A stretch of 23,892 nt of DNA from Chthoniobacteraceae bacterium (GTDB lineage Bacteria > Verrucomicrobiota > Verrucomicrobiia > Chthoniobacterales > Chthoniobacteraceae): positions 1 to 23,892 of the forward strand of contig JANNXQ010000253.1 in the NCBI GenBank assembly GCA_031409655.1, written 5' to 3'. Below the pieces are notes generated by a model. That model had not been told where the DNA came from. It searched no databases and saw only the letters and a list, made by a program, of their open reading frames with translations. The position numbers and the translations under genes were made by a program. This document shows positions 17,701 through 23,892 of the stretch, in pieces (the stretch's first letter is position 1; each line of letters begins with the position of its first letter).

Positions 17701-17948
17701 AACACCCGGTCGCTGCCTGCTTCAACTGCCACATGCTCGGGGGAAAAGGCAGCACCGTCGGCCCGCCGCTCGATGGCATCGCTGGCCGCAAAGATGCCAC
17801 CTACCTCATCCAGTCGCTGCTCGAACCGAACGCCAAGCTCGCCGAAGGCTTTGAGAAGCTCGGTGTTTCGCCAATGCCACCCATGAACCTGATCCTCAAG
17901 CCGCAGGAACTCGCGGACGTGCAGGCCTTCATCCTGGGCCTGAAGTAG
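14712..17948 (+). CDS. PVC-type heme-binding protein: ThuA-like domain, dehydrogenase-like propeller, HEAT repeats, CBM4/9-like domain, C-terminal cytochrome c
   Basis: Signal peptide MKKLVPLLLLLALC from ATG 14712. WVREQGKGRVFYTASGHD (ThuA), LELFASEPDITKPIAFAWDERGRLWVAET, EDTDGDGRADKFTVFAD, GPDGAVWIADW, PNLLTNASLE, CFNCH...VGPPLDGI...MPPM. Confidence 0.88.
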   Translation: MKKLVPLLLLLALCVTGTAAPRPIRVLFLGHESEHHPSATYLPFLMETNGREAIYFDYFTQPDCLNAATLAHYDAVMLYANHGKMKPEQFDALNTFVESGHGFLPIHCASACFGNEPRFSALVGGRFASHKTGTFKTTFVDQSHPILAGVNEYETWDETYVHDQLNTQGRKLLAERVEGEHREPWTWVREQGKGRVFYTASGHDERTWKNPDFQCMLRNAIVWSVGDTVRGEWEKFLSSREPEVREKNPNVANYEKRPEPLTFQQPYNVKGAMERTQVPADCRLELFASEPDITKPIAFAWDERGRLWVAETRDYPHGVVEGGEGNDDIKICEDTDGDGRADKFTVFADKLNIPTGLVFARGGVIVSQPPRFVFLKDSNGDDKADVREVIIDAWGVRDTHAQASNLHYGYDNWLYGCVGYSGFERMVDGRKQQFAMGTYRFKADGSALEFLHQFTNNSWAHSANDAGDQFGGTANGAPIFYCGIPKTAAPAGMNIMTAKKINVVELAHAITPNYRQVDVLGCYTAAAGSAFIESKNLPARFQGKAMVCEPTMKLVALMDVRPNGAGYVAQDGMNIFASSDEWTSPVYAEVGPDGAVWIADWQNFIIQHNPTPSPERGGYKAETGVGGAHVNELRDHARGRIYRVIAKNAKVVKKSLAGAKAPELVAALNDDIQSWRLLAQKNLVEGRVTDATDSLKTLVLANDGTIGSVHALWALHGLGTLDEATHKAALLAKDARLRRNAIRALDADARSQALYFGAGVFADPDLNTRLAAFVKLASFPTTPEIQTLIGKLVADPLVRKDEWLSDAAKLLGKKHGTGTFKEGPNLLTNASLEDLDANGLPVGWKRRDYGGPAHKKGNAGAEWQIVSEAHSGKSALRCITRDEADTSLHQNVAIKPHTTYRLSGWVKSHGLRGKVSFNDHLGRAETDKLTARESGWVEVETIFDSKEKATASINILHVAKGDGYFDDVKLAELQPVDAAPEQALTGLAKRGEEIFWKHPVAACFNCHMLGGKGSTVGPPLDGIAGRKDATYLIQSLLEPNAKLAEGFEKLGVSPMPPMNLILKPQELADVQAFILGLK

Positions 17949-17967
17949 TCGGTCAGGATTTGAAAAC

Positions 17968-18837
17968 TTAGTTGGTAATCCACCCAACGCAGCCCCAGAA
18001 GGTGGCGGTGAGATGGCTGGCGGCCCAACCGGAAAAGGCTTCAACATTCCAACGCAGTGCTTTGGCGAATGAAAGCATGGTGATCGTTTCATCCGCGACG
18101 ATGAGGAAACCCGAGATAAGCGCGAGATTCACGAGATAGATCACCACGAGGGAAAAGAAGGTGCCGTGCGAACGCAGATCACTCTGGCCTTTCGGAATCA
18201 TCCAGCAGGTGAAGCTGAAGTGGAATCCCCACGTAAGTCCGATGAGCAGGAAGATCCACTGCGTTGCCGGCACCCAGAGGAATTTCGCGTGAATGCTGGT
18301 GAGGTCGTAGAAAATGCCGACGAAGGCGAAGACCGCGATGACCGCAAAGGTGTAGATCGGGTAAAAGTAAGGCGCGAGGGCGATCCAGAAGTTACTCTTG
18401 TTCGTCAGGATGAAGCCGCCATCCGCGGAGTGCTCGAACTTACTCACCCGCCCGCCGAGCAGCCACACCCAGACCGCGTGGGAAAGCTCGTGCCCGAAGA
18501 CGTAAGCCCGCACCGGCTCCGGTCGTCCGTAGGCCCAGATGCTCCCGAAAAACCAGCACGTCCACAGCGCCACGCCGAGTCCGCAGAACCAAACCTCCTC
18601 CGTGAGCCAAAGGTCGCGCTCCACTGCGGCCCGCGAAAAGGCCGCGAAGAAGGTCTTCGTGAGGAGCGCCGCGGGCACGAGCAGGAGGAGTCCCAGGTAC
18701 AATTTGAGCCACCACGTCTTCACACGCCGGGCGCAGACTTTGGTGACGAAATTCGCGACCCGGAGCACCGACATGGGCTCGCGTCGGCGACGGGGCGGAC
18801 GAAGGTTTGCGGGCTTGCGCGGAGGACGGCGTTTCAC
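17968..18837 (-). CDS. Membrane protein with HExxH motif (peptidase M50-like)
   Basis: Several TM segments, YVFGHELSHA, and a later IALAPY motif. Start uncertain: GTG 18837 or ATG 18774. Confidence 0.65.
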   Translation of the reverse strand: MKRRPPRKPANLRPPRRRREPMSVLRVANFVTKVCARRVKTWWLKLYLGLLLLVPAALLTKTFFAAFSRAAVERDLWLTEEVWFCGLGVALWTCWFFGSIWAYGRPEPVRAYVFGHELSHAVWVWLLGGRVSKFEHSADGGFILTNKSNFWIALAPYFYPIYTFAVIAVFAFVGIFYDLTSIHAKFLWVPATQWIFLLIGLTWGFHFSFTCWMIPKGQSDLRSHGTFFSLVVIYLVNLALISGFLIVADETITMLSFAKALRWNVEAFSGWAASHLTATFWGCVGWITN

Positions 18838-18972
18838 TCAGCGGGGAGCTTGCTCAGGAATCCCTGCGCACGGGAAATCTAAATCTCGCGCTAGGCATGC
18901 AGAGGCCAGGCGACGTTCCTTCCGAAAAAGAACCCGCACCGTCCACACGTCCGACAGGCTCAAGCCGAGGCG

Positions 18973-19530
18973 TCAGGCCCGGCCGAGATACCCGCCGTTC
19001 GTCGTCGAGATCTTCACCATCTCGCCCTCTTTGATGAAGAGTGGCACCGTCACGCTGAGACCCGTCTCCATGATCGCGGGCTTCTGCACATTGTTCGCGC
19101 TATCGCCGCGCACGCCGTCGGCACTTTCGGTTACCTTCAGCGTCACCTGCGCCGGCAGTTCGAGATTCGCGGCCTTCTGCTCCACATAGAGCACGTTCAC
19201 CTTGAGATTTTCCACGAGGTACATCTTCGCATCGCCGACGAAACTTTCGTCAAACGAGATCGTCTCAAATGTCTCCGGGTCCATGAAGTGGTAGCCCGTG
19301 TTGTCCTTGTAAGAATACTCAAGCTCCTTCCGCTCGACCTCCACGGAGTCCACCTTGTCCGTCGAACCAAAACGGATATCCGCGCTTTTCCCCGTGCCGA
19401 TGTAGCGAATGATGACCTGCACGAAGGCGCGCAGATTTCCCGGGGTGCGATGCATCACTTCGAGCACGATCGCGGGGTTGCCGTTGTAGCGGATACACAT
19501 GCCTTTGCGGAGATCGTTGGCGTTGGCCAT
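18973..19530 (-). CDS. efp: Elongation factor P (185 aa) with PGN loop
   Basis: MANANDLRKG, HRTPGNLRAFVQ, YHFMDPETFE, GVRGDSA, KPAIMETGLSVTVPLFIKEGE, GGYLGRA. The true start is 19530; the upstream extension in the ORF track is not EF-P-like. Confidence 0.95.
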   Translation of the reverse strand: MANANDLRKGMCIRYNGNPAIVLEVMHRTPGNLRAFVQVIIRYIGTGKSADIRFGSTDKVDSVEVERKELEYSYKDNTGYHFMDPETFETISFDESFVGDAKMYLVENLKVNVLYVEQKAANLELPAQVTLKVTESADGVRGDSANNVQKPAIMETGLSVTVPLFIKEGEMVKISTTNGGYLGRA

Positions 19531-19713
19531 TGGCGGGAGAAAGTTGGGAGTTGGGGTTGAGACTGGAGAGCCGGTTTTTCGGAAAGGGGCGGGATGATTG
19601 ACCATCCACGCCCGGCTGGCAACCCCACAGTTGCCGGCGTCACGAGGGCGGGCCGTGATCGCCCGCGAATGGCGGCGCGTCCCACCACACCGCCTCACCC
19701 GCCGGAGGAACTG

Positions 19714-20096
19714 GGCTGCAAGTGGTGCGATGCGCGCTCGTACCCACTGCGGTTCGGCCTCCGAGTCGGGGCGAGCCTCTCCAATTCCGGCAAGCCGGGC
19801 TCCGAGTGCGCGCGAGTCGGTCTCCGACTTGATGCGAGCCGCCTTCCGATGCGGTGCCGACAGCCTCACGCCCGAAAGTTTCGCCCTAGAACATGGAAAA
19901 CCCGGCTCCAAGTGCGTGCGCGCCGGGCTCCGAGTGCGTGCGAGATGGCCTCCCACCTTGCGCAGACGGCCTCCCAGTGCGCGCAAGATGTCCCTGACCG
20001 TGTGCAGGCGGGCTCCAAGTGCTTGCAAGATGCCGTTCCACCTTGTGCAGATGGGCTCCGAGTGAGCGGGCGCCGGGGTCGAAGATGTGGAAAGGG
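19714..20096 (+). repeat. Degenerate tandem array of 17-18 units of 20-22 bp (consensus ~GGCTCCRAGTGCGYGCRAGAYG)
   Basis: Unit starts read by eye: 19714, 19735, 19757, 19777, 19798, 19820, 19842, 19863, 19883, 19904, 19926, 19948, 19969, 19991, 20011, 20033, 20054, 20076. Mean period about 21.3 bp. Confidence 0.8.
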
Positions 20097-20126
20097 AGGG
20101 CATGGACCTTGCAGCGGAGGCCACGC

Positions 20127-20873
20127 ATGAATGACAGAGACATCCGCCGCTACGAACGCGCCACGCGCGTTGTCACCTTCGGCATCAGCAATGACGCCGA
20201 CTTCACTGCCGACAGTGTTGCCCGCGTCCACTTTGGCAATATAACCGCCAAACTCGCCCAACTCGACCTCGCCAAAACCGGCCAGACTCCCTCCCGCGTG
20301 AGCAAGGAAACCCTGCTCGACGCCCTCATGCTCGACTTCGACCGCCTCGCCGACACCGCCCGGTCCATCGAGAAAAAGAGTGTAGAAACCGGCTTCGCCG
20401 CCCCTTACGCCGTGCCCTCCCGCGCGGAAATCGCCATCACCACCCAGGCCGACAAACTCTGCGGCCTGCTCGAAGACCAGGACGACGACTCCGCCGCAGA
20501 AAAGACCGCCAAAGCCGCCCTCCGCGCGCGTTTCCTCGCCTTCGAGATCGACGCAAATATCTTCCAGCGCCTGCGCGACGACCGCGACGCCATCGACGAC
20601 GCCAACAACCACAACCGCAACGAAGTCAGTGACGGCATCGAAAACACCGCGCTCATCGGTCGGCTCCTCGGTGAGATCAATGACGAGGTCGGCTTCCTCA
20701 ACACCATCATGCGCAACAAATACGAGCGCCAGCCCGAGAAGCTGCGCGCCTGGGAGAGCGCCAGCCGAGTCGAGCGCGCTCCGGTGCGGGCGAAGAAGGA
20801 TAACCCGCCTGTCATCACGGTTCCAACGCCGACCCCGAGCCCCGCACCGCAGCCCGTCCTCCAGCCCGCGTAA
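20127..20873 (+). CDS. Hypothetical alpha-helical protein (248 aa) with Pro-rich tail
   Basis: GGAGG at 20116-20120 precedes ATG 20127. Sequence MNDRDIRRYERATRVVTFG...MRNKYERQPEKLRAWESASRVERAP...PTPTPSPAPQP, with strong C-ending codon bias. Confidence 0.82.
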   Translation: MNDRDIRRYERATRVVTFGISNDADFTADSVARVHFGNITAKLAQLDLAKTGQTPSRVSKETLLDALMLDFDRLADTARSIEKKSVETGFAAPYAVPSRAEIAITTQADKLCGLLEDQDDDSAAEKTAKAALRARFLAFEIDANIFQRLRDDRDAIDDANNHNRNEVSDGIENTALIGRLLGEINDEVGFLNTIMRNKYERQPEKLRAWESASRVERAPVRAKKDNPPVITVPTPTPSPAPQPVLQPA

Positions 20874-20897
20874 GCCTCGCCACCAGTTGATTCAAGA

Positions 20898-20930
20898 AAC
20901 GGCACCCGCCGAAGGGCGGCGGGTGCCGTT
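20898..20930. terminator. Perfect 14-bp stem hairpin (terminator-like or REP-like)
   Basis: aacggcacccgccg-aaggg-cggcgggtgccgtt, 24 bp after the stop at 20873. No long U tract on the + strand. Confidence 0.55.
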
Positions 20931-20945
20931 GATCGTCGAGCCATC

Positions 20946-21119
20946 GAGTTGCGCAAAGCTTCCGCTCCGCGCGGCGAAGGTCATCACTTGGAAGCTCTGG
21001 CCCGCCGCGGGTTGAAAACCGTTCACCCACGTCACGCACAAGGTGCCATGCAAGGTCGCGGTGCCCGTGACGATGAGCCGGTCGCACTGGCTGCCCGCGG
21101 TGAGGCCGCCGAGTTCGAT
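20946..21119 (-). pseudogene. Remnant of a surface-protein / autotransporter-type beta-helix cap domain
   Basis: IELGGLTAGSQCDRLIVTGTATLHGTLCVTWVNGFQPAAGQSFQVMTFAARSGSFAQL matches the IELGG...YDRLxVTGxAxLxGTLxV...GFxPxxGxxF pattern, but is only ~58 aa and lacks flanking domains. Confidence 0.65.
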
Positions 21120-21229
21120 GTCCCGCCCGGCTCCGGGAAGCTGAGCGTCCTTGCCCTTTGGGGAAAAACCGGACAGGCCCAAGGCGCGCTTGAAATCTCC
21201 CGGCGATTCCGCGCAAGTTGCGCCGTGCC

Positions 21230-21559
21230 ATGATCGACCGCACCCGCATCCTGAAATACGCGCAAGCCGTCGCGCGCGAGTTTCATCCCGAGAGAATCGT
21301 CCTCTTCGGCTCCTACGCCTACGGCACGCCCACGGAGGATTCGGACGTGGACTTGCTCGTCGTCATGCCGCACGAGGGACATCAGGCTTACCAGGCCGCG
21401 GCCATCGAACTCAAAGTGCCCGCCGGGTTTCCGCTCGACTTAATGGTTCGCTCACCGGAGCGCATCCGCAACCGGCTCGCCGCAGGCGACGGATTCGTCC
21501 GGGAGATTCTCGATCGCGGATCGTCCCTCTATGAATCCGGAAACGGCGAAGTGGGTTAG
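21230..21559 (+). CDS. Minimal nucleotidyltransferase (MNT) antitoxin
   Basis: PERIVLFGSYAYGTPTEDSDVDLLVV contains the GSx10DxD motif. 109 aa; overlaps the downstream HEPN gene. Confidence 0.88.
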   Translation: MIDRTRILKYAQAVAREFHPERIVLFGSYAYGTPTEDSDVDLLVVMPHEGHQAYQAAAIELKVPAGFPLDLMVRSPERIRNRLAAGDGFVREILDRGSSLYESGNGEVG

Positions 21560-21917
21560 CAAAGCGGAGGGCGACTTCCACCCCGCGCGCCGCGAACTGC
21601 GCGCACGCAAAGCGCCGAACTACGACGCCGCGTGCTTCCATGCGCAGCAAGGCTCCGAGAAGTATCTCAAGGCCGTGCTCATCGAGGCGCATCGGCCCTT
21701 CTCCAAGACCCACGATCTCCTCCTGTTGCTCGATGACTGCCTGCCCGTGGCGCCGCTGCTCGACGCCTTCCGGCCCTCCCTGGCGATCCTCAAGAATTTC
21801 GCGGTTCACATTCGTTATCCCGGCGACGACGCCACCCGTACGGAAGCGCGCGACGTGGTGCGCCGTGCGGAAGCGGTCCGCACCGCCGTGCGCGCACTTC
21901 TGGGGTGCGCCGGCTGA
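21531..21917 (+). CDS. HEPN domain protein
   Basis: WVSKAEGDF, ACFHAQQGSEKYLKA, KTHDL and RYPG motifs typical of PF05168-type HEPN. Paired with the MNT gene. Confidence 0.88.
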   Translation: MNPETAKWVSKAEGDFHPARRELRARKAPNYDAACFHAQQGSEKYLKAVLIEAHRPFSKTHDLLLLLDDCLPVAPLLDAFRPSLAILKNFAVHIRYPGDDATRTEARDVVRRAEAVRTAVRALLGCAG

Positions 21918-21971
21918 TCTCCCCGCGCTTTCGGAGACAGCGATATGAGTTGCAAACGCGAGGTGGCGCCA

Positions 21972-22292
21972 TGCCAAGGCCTGCGCGATGAGCAAACGGT
22001 CAAACGGATCGTCGTGATGGAACGGCTGACGCCGATGGGCGTGAACGTGCGGCACCAGGATGGGGAGCAGCAGAATATTGGAAGCATCGGGCCGGGCGGG
22101 CAACAGTTGCTCGAAGGGTTCCGGCAGAGTCAGTTTTCCCAGCGTATCCTTGATGCTGATTTCCCAAAGGGCCGCGGGGCTGACAAACAGCGTGTTCTGC
22201 GGATCCTGAATGCACGCCAGCGCCGTTGCGCTGAGCTTGCTACTGCCCGCGAAGAACCAAAGCAGCGCATGGGCGTCCAGAATCGCTTTCAC
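21972..22292 (-). pseudogene. vapC: VapC/PIN toxin, C-terminally disrupted
   Basis: ILDAHALLW, SPAALWEISIK, HDDPFDRLLIAQA. Similarity stops after residue ~107 with no LVS/TxD strand, and the frame then runs antisense through the HEPN gene. The GTG start overlaps the antitoxin TGA. Confidence 0.7.
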
Positions 22293-22504
22293 GGACGATC
22301 GTCGGCAAACTCGGCCAGCGGCGCGTCGAAATCCGCCGCTAGTTCGATGCCCGGCACGGAGCCGAATCCGGGGCGCACCGTAGCCTGCGCTGGTTGCTCG
22401 TCAGCAGCCTTGGCCTTTAGAAAGTTCAAGTAATGCCACACCTCGCGCAACAAGGGCTCCGGCTGTTGGGAGACCTCGGTGATGAGAAGTTGCTGGATTG
22501 ACAT
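22289..22504 (-). CDS. Antitoxin (DUF2281/VapB-like)
   Basis: 71 aa: PEPLLREVWHYLNFL...RPGFGS...IELAADFDAPL. GTGA overlap with the PIN gene. Confidence 0.8.
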   Translation of the reverse strand: MSIQQLLITEVSQQPEPLLREVWHYLNFLKAKAADEQPAQATVRPGFGSVPGIELAADFDAPLAEFADDRP

Positions 22505-22719
22505 GTCCGACTGCTACCCCACCACGCTTCCACTGCCAAGGCCGCGTTCGGCAGGCAACGATCCCGCCGTCGTCGGCCCTCTCTTCCGCCCGCAACGCAC
22601 TCACTCGCGGCCAGGCGGAGGAGAGTGCTCTCTTGCCCGGAGTGCTTTGGTTGGGCGATGGCAAGATCGCCCCTCCTTGGGAGCTTCAAAGCGCTCACCG
22701 GGCTCCGATCCCGGCCCAC

Positions 22720-22775
22720 GAAGCACGGCTTCTCCAGCAGGGCTTCCGTTACCAAGTCCTCAACTTGGTAACGAG
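22720..22775. repeat. REP-like half element: GAAGCnnnGCTTC hairpin plus CGTTACCAAGT-5nt-ACTTGGTAACG-AG hairpin
   Basis: 5-bp stem at 22720-22732 and a perfect 11-bp stem at 22747-22757 / 22763-22773. Confidence 0.6.
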
Positions 22776-22957
22776 GTGAATTCAGACGCCCCTTGGCGAG
22801 ACGCCCGCATATTGAATGGCGTCGGCTGGGGTGTGCCGGGCGTGGACCGGTGAGCACGTAGGGTAACGGCGCGAGAGGGCCGGTGGATTCATGGGCGGCA
22901 CACTGCGCGGACGCGATAAGTGGGCTGGTGGATTGTGGCAATGGAACCGCGACCGAC

Positions 22958-23722
22958 TTAGCGATCCGGCTTTTCGTCGAGCGGATTTCCGCGTCGCTTC
23001 CACATCCAATCGGTAGGCTTCACAGCATGGGGAAGTGGTTCTGCGTTTCGTATCGACGTTTGAGCAATCTCCTCGGCGAGTCGAATGGGCCACGCGGTTT
23101 CTTGAAAGAACGCCGGGCGCGTTTGTTGGTAATGCCTATGCCGTTCAAGGAAAAGGCGGTTGAATTCGGAGCCTGCAACGCCGAGTTCGGGATACAGGCG
23201 AATCGCCTCACGCTGCGCATCGGAAACGGTCTCGAAGGCATTCGCTGATGCAGACGGCCCGACCTGTTCATGGCGCGAACCCAAGAAGATCATCCCCATT
23301 AAAATTGCGGCAGCTATTCCCCATTTTAGCAGTCCCGATGCCTCAGGTGAGGGTGGAATCAGGTATCCGGTCCGATCAGCGAGGGCGAAGGCGGAATCGG
23401 TGGCTGCGCCAGCGGTTACGAAGTTTCCCTTCTTCACAATAACCTGATACCCGCAATGGATGCACCGCAGTGACGATTGCGCGTTGGCGCATTCGATAGG
23501 CAAGGCGCAATATGGACAATCTCCACCGTAGCCAAAGACCTGATCCTTTCGAACCATCGTCACCATCCCTGCAACCATCATTAGAGGCCCTGCTACCCAG
23601 CCGAATATGGGAATCCAGACAATGGATAACCCCAGAAGGATTAGTGCAACTCCTGCGCATCCTGAGACATTTCGCTCGATAAGCTTGATGGGCGTTGCAT
23701 TCTCCTTGGCGGAGGGTGCCAT
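22958..23722 (-). CDS. Hypothetical membrane protein with zinc ribbon
   Basis: Two N-terminal TM helices, CPYC-x13-CIHC, a third TM helix, and a soluble C-terminal domain (AQREAIRLYPELGVAGSEFN...WPIRLAEE). Visibly more AT-rich than the rest of the window. Confidence 0.7.
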   Translation of the reverse strand: MAPSAKENATPIKLIERNVSGCAGVALILLGLSIVWIPIFGWVAGPLMMVAGMVTMVRKDQVFGYGGDCPYCALPIECANAQSSLRCIHCGYQVIVKKGNFVTAGAATDSAFALADRTGYLIPPSPEASGLLKWGIAAAILMGMIFLGSRHEQVGPSASANAFETVSDAQREAIRLYPELGVAGSEFNRLFLERHRHYQQTRPAFFQETAWPIRLAEEIAQTSIRNAEPLPHAVKPTDWMWKRRGNPLDEKPDR

Positions 23723-23811
23723 GATGCCCCGTTTCTTGAGCGGAAAGCCGCACTTACTGAGCCCTCCAAAACAGCTTCACATCGGATGCCGAGTTATGTT
23801 AGTTACGGTTG

Positions 23812-23892
23812 ATGGCAAGAAGATCAACCAAAACAGTGACCGGACGCCGTGAGCGGCAAGAGAAGCGGCGCCTGAAAGCAGCTGACTTATTC
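23812..23892 (+). CDS. Possible 5' end of a DNA (cytosine-5) methyltransferase (partial, runs off the window)
   Basis: ATG 23812 opens MARRSTKTVTGRRERQEKRRLKAADLF to the window end. LKAADLF fits the start of C5-MTase motif I (xxxDLFxGxG), but the GxG part is outside the window. Confidence 0.45.
   Translation, partial: MARRSTKTVTGRRERQEKRRLKAADLF

Noticed and set aside
15843..18092. Long antisense ORFs (749 aa here; also 4630-6096, 2637-3752, 9528-10505)
   Set aside because: Shadows of well-supported opposite-strand genes in high-GC DNA, with no recognisable motifs.
12900..19530. Functional linkage of ABC-F and EF-P (both can relieve ribosome stalling)
   Set aside because: They are 4.5 kb apart with unrelated genes between them, one on the opposite strand. 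There is no evidence of co-transcription.
19714..20096. CRISPR or TIGR-type array interpretation
   Set aside because: No identical repeats separated by unique spacers, the period is too short, and there are no cas or Nop-domain genes in the window.
19531..20124. 198-aa N-terminal extension of EF-P in the ORF track
   Set aside because: An open frame through GC-rich intergenic and array DNA. EF-P similarity begins at 19530.
19594..20130. 178-aa + strand ORF across the array whose TGA overlaps the ATG at 20127
   Set aside because: The overlap is suggestive, but unit lengths of 20, 21 and 22 bp shift the frame between units and the product is Arg/Cys/Pro-rich and not protein-like. A translated leader cannot be fully excluded.

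Overview
GC-rich bacterial DNA, most likely Verrucomicrobiota (Chthoniobacter-like). This is inferred from a PVC-type heme-binding protein, a PEP-CTERM protein and heptamer-repeat palindromes. From left to right: a REP-like inverted-repeat doublet; an L-lactate permease carrying an in-frame 96-bp heptamer palindrome; an operon of three RoxA/MauG-like di-heme c cytochromes, one small conserved protein and probably a DUF2339-like membrane protein; a mosaic of repeats and truncated genes around an FGE/SUMF1-fold PEP-CTERM gene; an ABC-F ATPase; a PVC-type multidomain heme protein; an HExxH membrane protein; an EF-P with a non-canonical PGN loop; a ~380-bp array of 17-18 degenerate 20-22-bp units directly upstream of an orphan helical protein; two convergent toxin-antitoxin modules (MNT-HEPN, and VapBC with a broken PIN toxin); a zinc-ribbon membrane protein; and possibly the first 27 codons of a C5 DNA methyltransferase at the right edge. 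The best candidates for an undescribed system are the ~21-bp array with its downstream gene and the triple di-heme cytochrome operon. All family calls come from motif recognition by eye; no database searches were run.
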